A stretch of DNA of 64,000 bases from assembly GCA_030153045.1 (NCBI GenBank), contig JASLID010000002.1, positions 734-64,733 of the forward strand, given 5' to 3'. This document shows, piece after piece, positions 10,759 to 20,908 of this stretch. The position numbers and the translations under genes were made by a program. The notes under the pieces were generated by a model. The model saw only the letters and a program-made list of their open reading frames with translations. It ran no database searches and was not told the origin of the DNA. This DNA is from Flavobacterium sp. Its GTDB lineage: Bacteria > Bacteroidota > Bacteroidia > Flavobacteriales > Flavobacteriaceae. Each line of letters begins with the position of its first letter. Positions within the stretch are counted from its first letter, which is position 1.

Positions 10759-11580
10759 TTATTTAGTAAAATGAATGAAAAGTGGAATGATAGCAAACAA
10801 TGTTGGTACAATGATCGCGAATCCCAGTCCAAAGAATTTAATTGCTGGCGTATATTTAGGATTGTTTGCTCCCAAAGATTGGAAAGCACTTTGAAATCCG
10901 TGCATTAAGTGAAAAGCTAATACAATCATCGCTAACACATAAAATATAGTAAACGCTAATCCGTATTGAGGATCTCTAAAGAAATCGAAAGTAATTTTAT
11001 GCAAATCTTTGTATGCTTCTTTTACTTTTACATTGGCATTTGCATCGTAAATTTCAGTTCTATTTTTTACAACATAGGTTTGGTCTGCTACAGGAACATA
11101 ACCACCATCAGTAGTTAAATAAAAATCTTGTTTCATTCCCGGCTGCACTTCAATGGTTGTTTTTTGCAACGGCATTTTTTCGTCAAAATGCATTTTTGCC
11201 CAAAAATTCATCATGTGAGTAGCAATAAAAACCAAAATTACAGTTCCTAAAACCGCCATATTTCTTGACGCCATAGAACTATTGCTTTGTGGATTATTCA
11301 TAGCATACGCAATAGGTCTTGCTTTTTTGTTTTGAATTGCCAGCATAATTCCATCGATAGCATGGAAAACAATTGAAATGTAGGTTAGGTAAGATAATAA
11401 TTTTACCGCAGGATTTGAAGTCATAAACAATGCATACTGATTGAAATGTAATGCATCGCTAAAAATTAACTGAAGGTTACCAGCTAAATGACCAGCCAAA
11501 AACAAGCATAAAAATAAACCTGTAAGAGCCATCCAGTATTTCTTTGCTAAAGATGACTTTAAAAGTGCAGATTTTGCCAT
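10759..11580 (-). CDS. sdhC: succinate dehydrogenase cytochrome b subunit (b558-type, five TM helices)
   Basis: 273 aa. Five hydrophobic helices, four of them carrying conserved His residues (AGHLAGN, VFHAIDG, ATHMMN, AFHLMHG). First gene of the sdhCAB operon. Confidence 0.85.
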   Translation of the reverse strand: MAKSALLKSSLAKKYWMALTGLFLCLFLAGHLAGNLQLIFSDALHFNQYALFMTSNPAVKLLSYLTYISIVFHAIDGIMLAIQNKKARPIAYAMNNPQSNSSMASRNMAVLGTVILVFIATHMMNFWAKMHFDEKMPLQKTTIEVQPGMKQDFYLTTDGGYVPVADQTYVVKNRTEIYDANANVKVKEAYKDLHKITFDFFRDPQYGLAFTIFYVLAMIVLAFHLMHGFQSAFQSLGANNPKYTPAIKFFGLGFAIIVPTLFAIIPLFIHFTK

Positions 11581-11750
11581 AATATTTGTTTGATTGTAGA
11601 GTTTTTAAAAAATTCAAACAAAAATAAAGCAATTTGGGTGTTTGTACAACCTTTTAGAAGTAATTTATAATGAATTTAAAGTGGACTTAAATAGCATTGA
11701 TTATCAAATAGTTAAACCCACTTTGTTTTGTGTTTTTTGTCAGTAAAAAA

Positions 11751-12623
11751 CTATTTCACATAACTAGGGATCAAACCCCTTAGTCCCATATCGACAACGT
11801 TTTCGCCATTTGCAGGTTCATATTTACCATCAGCGGTCACTTCGGTCCATTCAAAACTATTGTTTATAGACAACGAAAGCGTAATAGTAATATCAGTTGT
11901 TTCGTTTCCGGTAATGACAAGATTTTCAGCAAATTTTCCAGTAACCACACATGATCCTGCTGGAATTGGTGAGCTGGCGTGCAACGGATTTGGCACTGTT
12001 GTTGCTCCAGCAGGCGCTTGTCCTGACGTTGAATAACTAAACCCTTGCAAACCAAATGCCCAATAGCCTTGATCTTTATTTCCGTTGACAGTGTAACTAT
12101 ATCCTCCAGAAGTAAAAGTGGTCAAGTAATTTCTAAAACCTACAAAACTCGCCAGTGTTCCAGTATATTCTGTTCCGGCACTTAACACTTTTATATTATA
12201 ATCTTGGTAAGAAAGCGAACATCTTACCCATTCGTAACTTCCTACTTTTAGTTGACTTAAAGGAATCGAGATAAAAGCTTCGCCTTGACCCACAATTGTT
12301 GCTTTACTAAAATCGATAGCATTAGCACCTCCAGCGGTTGTTTCTGCATTTCTATACAATACTTCACCCTGACCCAAAGCCGTGAATGCAGTAGGTGCCA
12401 ACTCTAAATAATGTGAACTTATTTTATTAAAAATAGGAGATTGCGCGGCGTGACCCGCAGGAACTGTCGATGGTTGTCCTAAATTATCCAATCGAGCTTG
12501 AGTGGGATCAAACTTAAACTTAACGATTAATTGCGGCTCAGCTTGCTCTTTGTCATCATTATCAGTACACGATAATAAAAATAGTGAAGCGAACAGTATT
12601 GAATACAAATATTTCATTTTCAT
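11751..12623 (-). CDS. hypothetical lipoprotein
   Basis: Lipoprotein signal MKMKYLYSILFASLFLLSC (lipobox LLSC) from the internal Met; the ORF track start at 12647 is an extension. Beta-rich and Gly/Thr/Ser-rich, with no catalytic motif. Confidence 0.6.
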   Translation of the reverse strand: MKMKYLYSILFASLFLLSCTDNDDKEQAEPQLIVKFKFDPTQARLDNLGQPSTVPAGHAAQSPIFNKISSHYLELAPTAFTALGQGEVLYRNAETTAGGANAIDFSKATIVGQGEAFISIPLSQLKVGSYEWVRCSLSYQDYNIKVLSAGTEYTGTLASFVGFRNYLTTFTSGGYSYTVNGNKDQGYWAFGLQGFSYSTSGQAPAGATTVPNPLHASSPIPAGSCVVTGKFAENLVITGNETTDITITLSLSINNSFEWTEVTADGKYEPANGENVVDMGLRGLIPSYVK

Positions 12624-12738
12624 AATTGTAAGTTTTAAATTCAACAAGCTTAAAGTTTCTTTGTTAATCAGTTCAATTATTTTTTTGATAAAAATATGGT
12701 TTTTAATATTTTACACAAGACATTTAGCATTAAAAAGA

Positions 12739-12746
12739 TATTTTTG
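12739..12746 (+). promoter_or_regulatory. candidate -7 box (TATTTTTG) upstream of the Crp/Fnr regulator gene
   Basis: Exact TAnnTTTG match, 18 nt before the ATG. Confidence 0.35.
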
Positions 12747-12763
12747 TATTCAATTCAATAAAA

Positions 12764-13360
12764 ATGGGAGATAATAATAACGATAAAGCTTTTTTAGATT
12801 ATTTAAATCTGATTGTCGCTAATGATAACGAAAAGCTTCACCATCTTATTTTGAAAGCCAAAAATAAGTTTAGCGTTTTGCATTTAAAGAAAAACGAATA
12901 CTTTGTTAAAGAAGGAGAAGTGTGCCTTTATTTTTGCTTTGTTGAAAGCGGCATTTTACAACATTCGGTTTCAGTTTTAGAGGAAGAAAAAACCACTTAT
13001 CTGGCCTTACGAAACACGGTTACGAGTTCCTTAAACAGTTTTTTATTAAAAAAACCTTCCCGAAAAAGCGTAAAAGCTATTGCCGATTGTAAATTATGGG
13101 TTGTTGACATCGAAACTTTTAAATCTTTAATCGAAAACAACAAAGTCTTTAACCAGTTTTATTACAATTTAATTGAAAGACAAATTTGTTTAATTGACGA
13201 TTATCGTATCGATTTACTTACCTTAACTCCAGAAGAACGTTATAAAAAGCTGTTAGTTACTGAACCCAAACTCTTACAAGAAGTTCCATTGCATTATTTG
13301 GCTTCTTTTTTAGGCATTTCATCAAGACACATGAGCCGAATTAGAAAAAATATAAAATAA
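12764..13360 (+). CDS. Crp/Fnr family transcriptional regulator
   Basis: 198 aa. N-terminal cyclic-nucleotide-binding-like beta roll and a C-terminal HTH (LASFLGISSRHMSRIRKN). Confidence 0.8.
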   Translation: MGDNNNDKAFLDYLNLIVANDNEKLHHLILKAKNKFSVLHLKKNEYFVKEGEVCLYFCFVESGILQHSVSVLEEEKTTYLALRNTVTSSLNSFLLKKPSRKSVKAIADCKLWVVDIETFKSLIENNKVFNQFYYNLIERQICLIDDYRIDLLTLTPEERYKKLLVTEPKLLQEVPLHYLASFLGISSRHMSRIRKNIK

Positions 13361-13395
13361 TGCCATTTGGCTACATTTTAAAAAAATCCTTTACT

Positions 13396-13403
13396 TAAAT
13401 TTG
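13396..13403 (+). promoter_or_regulatory. candidate -7 box (TAAATTTG) upstream of pepP
   Basis: Exact TAnnTTTG match, 29 nt before the ATG. Confidence 0.4.
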
Positions 13404-13431
13404 ATAAATAATTCAATAATATTTATCAATC

Positions 13432-14724
13432 ATGAAATACCACCAAATAGATCGCGACTTGTTCATCAAAAATCGAAAAAAATTCACTTCGATGATGAAA
13501 CCCAACAGTGTTGCCGTTTTCAACTCTAACGACATTTATCCAGTTTCTGCCGACAGTACTTTGCCGTTTGCACAACATCGCGATATTTTTTACTTATCGG
13601 GAGTAGACCAAGAAGAAAGTATTTTATTACTTTTTCCTGACGCTCCGTATGAAAACTTAAAAGAAATTTTATTTTTAAAAGAAACCAACGAGCATATTGC
13701 GATTTGGGAAGGTGAGAAACTGACCAAAGATCGCGCTTTTGAAGTTTCAGGTGTTAAAACCGTAATTTGGTTACAGGATTTCCACAAAACATTAAAGGAA
13801 ATTATGGCTTACGCCGAAACGATATACATCAACACTAACGAACATTATCGCGCAACTATTGAAACCGAAACTCGTGAAGCGCGTTTTATCAAATGGTGGA
13901 AAGAAACTTATCCAGCACATAAAGTCGAAAAATCGAACCCAATCTTACAACGTATTCGTTCTATTAAAGAAAGTGAAGAAATCGATTTAATTCAACAAGC
14001 CTGTAATATTACCGAAAAAGGAGTTCGCCGTTTGTTATCGTTCGTGAAACCTAACGTAATGGAATATGAAATTGAAGCTGAATTGGCTCACGAATTTTTA
14101 CGCAATCGTTCTAAAGGTTTTGCTTACACTCCAATTATTGCTTCAGGAAATAACGCTAACGTACTTCACTATATCGAAAACAACCAACAGTGTCATGCTG
14201 GCGATTTGATTTTATTAGATGTAGGAGCAGAATATGCTAACTATTCAAGTGATTTAACCCGTATGATTCCTGTTTCAGGTCGTTTTACCGACAGACAACG
14301 TGCGGTTTACAATGCGGTTTTGAATGTGAAAAACGAAGCGACTAAAATGTTAGTTCCTGGAACATTATGGAAACAATATCATGTAGAAGTGGGCAAAGTC
14401 ATGACATCTGAACTAATTGGTTTAGGATTGCTTGACAAAGCCGATGTACAAAACGAAAATCCAGATTGGCCAGCGTATAAAAAATATTTCATGCACGGAA
14501 CTTCGCACCATTTAGGGTTAGATACCCACGATTACGGTTTATTACACGAACCAATGCAACCCAATATGGTTTTCACTGTAGAACCTGGCATCTACATTCC
14601 AGCAGAAGGTCTTGGTATTCGTTTAGAAGATGACGTGGTCATTCAAGAAAAAGGAGAAGCCTTTAACCTAATGCGCAACATTCCAATTGAAGCCGATGAA
14701 ATTGAAAGCATCATGAATAGCTAA
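13432..14724 (+). CDS. pepP: Xaa-Pro aminopeptidase (M24B family)
   Basis: 430 aa. Pita-bread fold metal ligands in the contexts LLDVGAEY, DLTR, HGTSHHLGLDTHD, VEPGIY and IRLEDD. Confidence 0.9.
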   Translation: MKYHQIDRDLFIKNRKKFTSMMKPNSVAVFNSNDIYPVSADSTLPFAQHRDIFYLSGVDQEESILLLFPDAPYENLKEILFLKETNEHIAIWEGEKLTKDRAFEVSGVKTVIWLQDFHKTLKEIMAYAETIYINTNEHYRATIETETREARFIKWWKETYPAHKVEKSNPILQRIRSIKESEEIDLIQQACNITEKGVRRLLSFVKPNVMEYEIEAELAHEFLRNRSKGFAYTPIIASGNNANVLHYIENNQQCHAGDLILLDVGAEYANYSSDLTRMIPVSGRFTDRQRAVYNAVLNVKNEATKMLVPGTLWKQYHVEVGKVMTSELIGLGLLDKADVQNENPDWPAYKKYFMHGTSHHLGLDTHDYGLLHEPMQPNMVFTVEPGIYIPAEGLGIRLEDDVVIQEKGEAFNLMRNIPIEADEIESIMNS

Positions 14725-14749
14725 TTCAACAACAACTAGATTTACATCA

Positions 14750-14781
14750 AAAAAAGACTCGCAAAAAACGAGTCTTTTTTT
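14750..14781 (+). terminator. intrinsic terminator after pepP
   Basis: Stem GACTCG/CGAGTC extended by A/T pairs, then a T7 run. Confidence 0.75.
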
Positions 14782-14808
14782 ATTACTTTTATATAAATCC
14801 ATAAAAAT

Positions 14809-15705
14809 ATGAAACCCTTTTTATTCCTTATATTTTTACTTTCTGTTCAATACGTCTTTTCGCAAACCGAAGGTTTTTCAAAAAACAGCGATTCCAGCCT
14901 AACCTATTATAAAACATTTGGCGAAGGATCTCCCATTTTAATCATTAATGGCGGACCGGGAATGAATAGCAACGGATTTGAAGCGATGGCAAAAACCTTA
15001 TCGAAAAATCACAAAACAATTGTTTATGACCAAAGAGGAACTGGAAAATCAAAACTACCGGAGTTAAATTCAACAACGATTTCCATGAAAATCATGGCTG
15101 ATGATATTGAGTATTTGCGCAAACATCTGAAAATTAAAAAATGGGTTATTTTGGGTCATTCTTTTGGCGGAATGTTGGCGTCATATTATGCCACTATTTA
15201 CCCAAACAGTATTACCAAATTGATTTTATCTTCATCAGGCGGTGTTGATTTAAGCTTATTAAACAGTTCCAATTTAATTGAATCTGGATTGAGCAAAATA
15301 GAAAGAGACTCCTTACAATACTGGAATGACAAAATTGAAAAAGGCGACACCAGTCACCCAACCAGATTAGGAAGAGGAAGAGCGATGGCACCAGCGTATG
15401 TTTACAATCGAAAATTCATTCCGATCATTGCCGAAAGACTCACCCAAGGAAACTCGACCATAAACGGATTATTATGGAGCGACATGCAAAACATTAAATT
15501 TGATTGCAAAAACAAGCTAAAATCTTTTCAAAAACCGGTTTTAATCATCCAAGGAAAAGAAGATATTATTAGTAAAGAAATTGGCGAAATTGCTTTGAAA
15601 ACATTCCCCAATTCGAAAATGATTTTACTTGAAAATTCCAAACATTACGGATGGCTTGACGCTGAAGAAAAATACTTTGGCACCATTGAGGCTTTTTTAA
15701 AATAA
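14809..15705 (+). CDS. secreted alpha/beta hydrolase (proline iminopeptidase-like)
   Basis: 298 aa. Signal peptide, oxyanion region INGGPG, nucleophile elbow GHSFGG. Confidence 0.85.
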   Translation: MKPFLFLIFLLSVQYVFSQTEGFSKNSDSSLTYYKTFGEGSPILIINGGPGMNSNGFEAMAKTLSKNHKTIVYDQRGTGKSKLPELNSTTISMKIMADDIEYLRKHLKIKKWVILGHSFGGMLASYYATIYPNSITKLILSSSGGVDLSLLNSSNLIESGLSKIERDSLQYWNDKIEKGDTSHPTRLGRGRAMAPAYVYNRKFIPIIAERLTQGNSTINGLLWSDMQNIKFDCKNKLKSFQKPVLIIQGKEDIISKEIGEIALKTFPNSKMILLENSKHYGWLDAEEKYFGTIEAFLK

Positions 15706-15791
15706 AATAATTTGCTTTTCATTCAAAATACTTGTCGAAGAAGAAACCTAATACTACTTTTACATCATAAAATAAGACCTTAAACTTTAGT

Positions 15792-16574
15792 TTGAATACA
15801 CTCCTCTATAAAAACACCAAAATTGCTTATTCTGAAATCGGAAAAGGAACTGCTGTGGTGTTGCTTCACGGTTTTTTAGAAAATTCGACCATGTGGGATT
15901 TTCATACGGAAGAATTGGCGCAAAAACATCATGTAATTACTATCGATTTGTTAGGTCATGGCAAAAGTGAATGCCTTGGATATATTCACACTATGGAAGA
16001 CCAAGCTGATATGGTTTATGCCGTTTTACATCATCTAAAAATTAAAAAGGCTATTTTTGTAGGACATTCGATGGGTGGTTATGTCGCTTTGGCTTTCGCC
16101 GAATTGTATCCCACCTTCATGAAAGGATTGGTTTTATTAAACTCTACTTCAAAAGCAGATAGCGAAGAACGCAAAACCAATCGTGACCGAGCCATAATCG
16201 CTGTAAAGAAAGATTACTCTACTTTTATTCGAATGTCAATTGCCAATTTGTTTAGCGAGGACAACCGCGAAAAGTTGATTGACGAAATAGAAAGTGTAAA
16301 ACTTGAGGCTTTAAAAACACCACTTCAAGGAATCGTTGCCGCACTGGAAGGAATGAAAGTTCGCAAAGACCGTGAAATACTTTTACATACTTCAACCTTT
16401 CCTATTCAGTTAATTTTAGGGAAAAAAGATCCTGTTTTGAATTACGAAGAAAACAAAAAACAAATAGAAGGAACCCATCTCAAATTTTATGCTTTCCCTG
16501 ATGGACATATGAGTCATATTGAAAACAGAGCCCAATTGGGCAAGGTGTTGTTGGATTTTTTAAAAATCTGTTAG
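15792..16574 (+). CDS. cytoplasmic alpha/beta hydrolase
   Basis: 260 aa with a TTG start. HGF oxyanion motif, nucleophile elbow GHSMGG, C-terminal catalytic His (DGHMSH). Confidence 0.85.
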   Translation: MNTLLYKNTKIAYSEIGKGTAVVLLHGFLENSTMWDFHTEELAQKHHVITIDLLGHGKSECLGYIHTMEDQADMVYAVLHHLKIKKAIFVGHSMGGYVALAFAELYPTFMKGLVLLNSTSKADSEERKTNRDRAIIAVKKDYSTFIRMSIANLFSEDNREKLIDEIESVKLEALKTPLQGIVAALEGMKVRKDREILLHTSTFPIQLILGKKDPVLNYEENKKQIEGTHLKFYAFPDGHMSHIENRAQLGKVLLDFLKIC

Positions 16575-19336
16575 ATTACTTTCTCTTCAAAAGGAATTTC
16601 GGCGTTTAAAATCTCATTGATTAATGCAATTATTTCGGTTTTAAAGTCTTCTAAAATCTCAGGAGTTATATCAGTTATTACCTCTTTTCCTTCTTTGATT
16701 CCAAAAGGCAAAAAGCCTCCTTTCATATTTTTGAAGGAAATGATACCGGCTTCCATTTCTGTTCCGTTAGATTGCTCTTCATACATAAATGCGTAGCAGA
16801 GCAACTGAATTATTTTATCATTTTTAATATCAAGTGTCAATCCGCTCCAGTCTTTCAACTGAACACTATTTTTATCAACCTTACCTGTTTTGTAATCAAT
16901 AATTCTAATCTTATTGTTTCTAATTTCAATTCGGTCAACATTACCAGCGATTTTTACTGGAAAAGGTAAACGGGAATCTTCTAAAATTCTTTCTAAAGGT
17001 ATTTCTAAAGCCAATACTTTAACTGCATCGCCATTTTCAATGAGTTTTTTTTCTTCATTCAAAAAATTGTAAACATTGCGTTTGGCTACTTCAAATGCCA
17101 ATAAGTTTTTACCTTTTTTAACTTCACCTTCTTTATAGATTAATCGGAATTGTTTGTACACTTCTTCATCAGCAGCAGACAACATTTGATTTAGAATCGC
17201 ATCAGAAAGAAACTGATTTAAAAAGGGTTTGTATAATTCTTCTAATGTCTCGTGAATGATGGTTCCTAAAGTGTTTAAGGCAATATTCTCCTCTACTTCA
17301 TCGACCTCTTTTATAGACAACACTCTTTGAAAATAAAACTGCATCGGATTTCGCACATAAGTGGTTAATGCTGATGGTGAAAACCCTTTTACTGTGGCTA
17401 TTTCTTTTAATCGGTCGACTACCAAATTCGATTTTGCGACACTCATACTTTGTGAAGCAATGTTTGGCACATTCGGTTGAATGATTCGATGTGAAATGAC
17501 ATGGTTGGGTTGTTTTTCTACTTCAAGTTGGGTAATAAATCGGCTTTTTTCACCACCGTCTAATCCTTCGCTTTCGGTATTGTAGAGTAAGTAAATATTT
17601 TTAGCTCTGAGTAATAAATGGTAAAAATGATAGGTATAAATGGCGTCTTTTTCTTTAAAAGTAGGCAATTCCAATTCGCGTTTTACATCGTATGGAATAA
17701 ATGAATTGACCGATTTACCCGTAGGGAATTTACCTTCGTTCATTGAGGTAATAATGACCGTTTCAAAATCGAGTACACGGCTTTCTAAAACACCCATAAT
17801 TTGCAAACCCGACAAAGGCTCGCCTTCAAAAGAAACTTCGGCTACTTCAATGGCTTGCTTGTAAATACTATACAAAACATCAACCGAATCAATATAATCA
17901 TTCTTAGAACAATAAGAAATAAGCTTATTAATGGCTTTAAAGACAGAATACAAAAAGGCTTTTACAATTTTATCTTCTTCAACATTATTGTCCAAATTTT
18001 GTTTGACAATCAACAATATCGAAGTTATATTTTCAAGAATTTCAATTGGTTTTAAATTCCATTTTTGGAATAATAAATCGAAAAGATTATTCTGATTTTC
18101 ATGCAATGAAATTACTTTTTGATGCGTGATAAAGGTGTAGTTATTCCTTTTAACAGTTTCTACAAGTTGAGTTGCCGAAACATAACTTTCGATAATTGGG
18201 TTTGAGAGTACATCTAAAACATCTTTATAATAAAACACATAGCTTTCTTGACTTCTCTTTAAAGCATTATTATGCATCTTAAAAAGTTTGGCTATTAATA
18301 TTTGTATCGGATTATTTTTACTTGAATACCCCATCGTGATATTCAAACTCCCGACATTTTCTGGTAGTGAATGCAATATGGGAATCAGCAAGTTTTCATC
18401 ACCTAAAACCAATGCAACTTTGTCTAATGCTGTTGTTTGCGAAGTTTTAATAATGTCATCAATAATATTAGAGGCTATTTTAGCTTGTCCAATAGATTTT
18501 GAAGTACCTATTATTTGAATGTTTTTTTCTGTTGAAAATTCATTTACAATCCACTCAAACGGGTTGGTTTTATAATGCTGCCATTTATCTTTAAATCTTC
18601 TTACAAACAAACCGGTATCGTGTGATGCATCATTAATAAAGACACTATCTATATCCCAGCGTATTTCAGCTTTATCAATTGATAATAAGTATTGAATTAT
18701 TTTTTCTTCTGCCTTATTTAAGGCATTAAAACCAGCGAATATAATCTTTTGACTTTCAATATTGGCAGCGTAAAATTCTAAATTATTTACAGCTTCTCTA
18801 TAAATTAGCCCTTGATAACCCATCTTTTTTACTTTAAGATGATTGTAAAAAGAATCGTAATAATGAGGTAATAATTTCCAAAATTCAAGCTGCTTGTCTA
18901 TCAACGGTGTTGTTTCTGATGCTGATAAGTCCCAACGCTTTAACGCTTCAATATCTTTTAGGTAAGAGAATACATGATTTGGACTGAGTAAATACCTGTC
19001 TATCTCATTAAAGTCTTGCAATAATGTAACTGCCCAATTGGCAAATTTTTCAAAGCTTACTTGCTTCTCTGAAGGCGTAATACTTAAATAAACTTCGTAA
19101 AATTCAAATAACAATTCAACCGAGTCAATATTACGAATTCCTGATAATTCTTGAACAAACTCTTCTATGCTTATTATTTGGGGTGCAAAAAAATAATTGT
19201 CAAACTTATTTTTTAATGCTTCTAACAAAAATACTTTAGCTCTCTTATTCGGTAAAACAATTGTTATCTTATCTAGATTAGCATTATCCTCAATCAAATA
19301 ACTAACTAGTTTATCAAGAAAAGTTCCATTTATCAT
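16571..19336 (-). CDS. PD-(D/E)XK nuclease family protein, AddB/RexB-like subunit
   Basis: 921 aa. C-terminal RecB-type nuclease motifs GNVDRIEI...IIDYKTGK...QLLCYAFMY. No GxGKT near the N-terminus. Confidence 0.8.
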   Translation of the reverse strand: MINGTFLDKLVSYLIEDNANLDKITIVLPNKRAKVFLLEALKNKFDNYFFAPQIISIEEFVQELSGIRNIDSVELLFEFYEVYLSITPSEKQVSFEKFANWAVTLLQDFNEIDRYLLSPNHVFSYLKDIEALKRWDLSASETTPLIDKQLEFWKLLPHYYDSFYNHLKVKKMGYQGLIYREAVNNLEFYAANIESQKIIFAGFNALNKAEEKIIQYLLSIDKAEIRWDIDSVFINDASHDTGLFVRRFKDKWQHYKTNPFEWIVNEFSTEKNIQIIGTSKSIGQAKIASNIIDDIIKTSQTTALDKVALVLGDENLLIPILHSLPENVGSLNITMGYSSKNNPIQILIAKLFKMHNNALKRSQESYVFYYKDVLDVLSNPIIESYVSATQLVETVKRNNYTFITHQKVISLHENQNNLFDLLFQKWNLKPIEILENITSILLIVKQNLDNNVEEDKIVKAFLYSVFKAINKLISYCSKNDYIDSVDVLYSIYKQAIEVAEVSFEGEPLSGLQIMGVLESRVLDFETVIITSMNEGKFPTGKSVNSFIPYDVKRELELPTFKEKDAIYTYHFYHLLLRAKNIYLLYNTESEGLDGGEKSRFITQLEVEKQPNHVISHRIIQPNVPNIASQSMSVAKSNLVVDRLKEIATVKGFSPSALTTYVRNPMQFYFQRVLSIKEVDEVEENIALNTLGTIIHETLEELYKPFLNQFLSDAILNQMLSAADEEVYKQFRLIYKEGEVKKGKNLLAFEVAKRNVYNFLNEEKKLIENGDAVKVLALEIPLERILEDSRLPFPVKIAGNVDRIEIRNNKIRIIDYKTGKVDKNSVQLKDWSGLTLDIKNDKIIQLLCYAFMYEEQSNGTEMEAGIISFKNMKGGFLPFGIKEGKEVITDITPEILEDFKTEIIALINEILNAEIPFEEKVI

Positions 19337-19346
19337 TTTATAAAAA

Positions 19347-19378
19347 TAAAAAAACGCCCCGATAAATCGGGGCGTTTT
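19347..19378 (-). terminator. intrinsic terminator after ompA
   Basis: 10-bp stem AACGCCCCGA/TCGGGGCGTT with a 4-nt loop and a U-run on the minus strand. Confidence 0.8.
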
Positions 19379-19400
19379 AAAGAATTTATTTTAAAGGAAA

Positions 19401-20804
19401 TTATTTAGATAATTTCACTTCTACTCTTCTATTTTGAGCTTTACCAGCTTTAGTTTTGTTAGAAGCTATTGGCATAGTTTCTCCGAAACCAGCTGAAGTT
19501 AATCTAGCAGCATCAACACCGTTTTCAATTAAATAATTTTTAACAGCAGCAGCTCTATTTTCAGATAAAGTCAAGTTAGCAGCATCTTTACCATCAGAGT
19601 CAGTATGACCTTCGATAGAGAAGTTTGAAGCTGGGTACTCTTTTAATATAGCAACCATAGCTTGTAATACTGGGTAAGTTCTTTGTTGGAAAGTAGCTTT
19701 GTTAGTATCGAATAAGATAGTTTTAGCGTAGTCGTTTAATTTTTTCATAACGTCTTCGCTTACTTCTGGACAACCATTGTTAGCAACAGTACCTTTAACA
19801 TCTGGACATTTGTCGTCTTTATCTAAAACGCTATCTCCGTCAGTATCTGGCCATGGACAACCTGCGTTATCTCTTGGACCTGCTACAGTAGGACATTTGT
19901 CTTTGTTATCAGCAACACCGTCACCGTCAGCATCTGGACATCCTTGTAAGTTAGCTAAACCTGCAGTTTCAGGACAAGCATCATCTTTATCAGCAATACC
20001 ATCACCGTCAGTATCAGGACAACCGTTTAATTCTTTTGGACCAGCAACTTCTGGACAAGAATCTTCTTTATCTTGGATTCCGTCTCCATCAGTATCAGGA
20101 CAACCTTGGAATTCTTTTAAACCTTTAACATCTGGACAAGCATCATCTTTATCGTAGATACCATCACCATCTGTGTCTTTACCTCCAAATTGAAAAGTTA
20201 AACCAGCCATGTGTTGGAATACAGAAGGAACATCATAATCAACTCTATCTGTAAATGCTTTTTTGTAAGTAGAGCTTACAGATAAACCTACTTGCTCAGT
20301 AAACCAGAAAGTCAAAGCCCCACCTGCATTAGCTGTTCCAGCAGATTTTTGACCTAAGAAAGTATAACCTCCACCAATATGAACTGAAGGGTCAAACCAT
20401 TTAGTTCCGAATAAACTTTTTAAACTGTAGTTGATTCTACCATCAGCAGCATAATACATTAAATCAGTATCAATTACTACTGTTGAATTAGGTGATGGAC
20501 CAACCCATTCTACCCATTTAGTAACCTTGTTCACAGAACCTGTAATTCCTACAGAAAAATTACCACCAACATTTTTAGCTACTGTCAAATAAGAAACAGA
20601 AGGAATAATGTTCCAATGATCTTCAAGGTTAAAGAACTCTGAAAAGTGATCTTTTAAATTAAAATCTCTGTTACCCGCGCTAGTTCTTGTATCTACTGCG
20701 TTGGCTCCGAAAGATATTGCCCATGGGTTATTGCTGTCTTGTGCAGTAGCACTTAACCCAGCAATCATCAACATGGAAACAAAAAGTTTGTTAAGATGTT
20801 TCAT
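19401..20804 (-). CDS. ompA: OmpA family outer-membrane protein with thrombospondin type 3 repeats
   Basis: 467 aa. Signal peptide, N-terminal beta-barrel-like region, five DTDGDGxxDxxDxCP repeats, and a C-terminal OmpA peptidoglycan-binding domain (GHTDSDG...NRRVEV). Confidence 0.9.
   Translation of the reverse strand: MKHLNKLFVSMLMIAGLSATAQDSNNPWAISFGANAVDTRTSAGNRDFNLKDHFSEFFNLEDHWNIIPSVSYLTVAKNVGGNFSVGITGSVNKVTKWVEWVGPSPNSTVVIDTDLMYYAADGRINYSLKSLFGTKWFDPSVHIGGGYTFLGQKSAGTANAGGALTFWFTEQVGLSVSSTYKKAFTDRVDYDVPSVFQHMAGLTFQFGGKDTDGDGIYDKDDACPDVKGLKEFQGCPDTDGDGIQDKEDSCPEVAGPKELNGCPDTDGDGIADKDDACPETAGLANLQGCPDADGDGVADNKDKCPTVAGPRDNAGCPWPDTDGDSVLDKDDKCPDVKGTVANNGCPEVSEDVMKKLNDYAKTILFDTNKATFQQRTYPVLQAMVAILKEYPASNFSIEGHTDSDGKDAANLTLSENRAAAVKNYLIENGVDAARLTSAGFGETMPIASNKTKAGKAQNRRVEVKLSK
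19770..20180 (-). repeat. five in-frame thrombospondin type 3-like coding repeats inside ompA
   Basis: Repeated DTDGDG(I/V)xDxxDxCPxxxGxxxxxGCP units of about 27-29 codons. Confidence 0.9.
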
Positions 20805-20839
20805 ACTTAATTTTATTTGATTACAATACGTTATTACGA

Positions 20840-20870
20840 CAAAAGTAAGTGATAAGATATTAATTACAAA
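20840..20870 (-). promoter_or_regulatory. candidate ompA promoter (-33 TTTG, 19-nt spacer, -7 TACTTTTG)
   Basis: Both boxes are present on the minus strand with consensus spacing, about 36 nt upstream of the ompA ATG. Confidence 0.5.
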
Positions 20871-20908
20871 ATGAATTGTTAAAAAAATCGATAATATTTT
20901 AAAAAAAA

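Noticed and set aside
12502-12774. 90-aa plus-strand ORF across the lipoprotein / Crp divergent promoter region
   Set aside because: It begins antisense inside the lipoprotein gene and runs through the promoter region. Its composition is typical of non-coding AT-rich DNA.
14809-16574. Two adjacent alpha/beta hydrolase genes as a possible novel paired system
   Set aside because: One is secreted and the other cytoplasmic. They have different lengths and motifs and are separated by 86 nt with no shared regulatory feature. They are most simply two unrelated housekeeping hydrolases.
19777-20157. 126-aa plus-strand ORF rich in SGQ/SLS repeats
   Set aside because: It is the antisense reading of the ompA TSP3 repeats. 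The periodic GAT/GGT-rich codons keep the opposite frame open. It has no promoter or independent signal and lies entirely inside a confident CDS.
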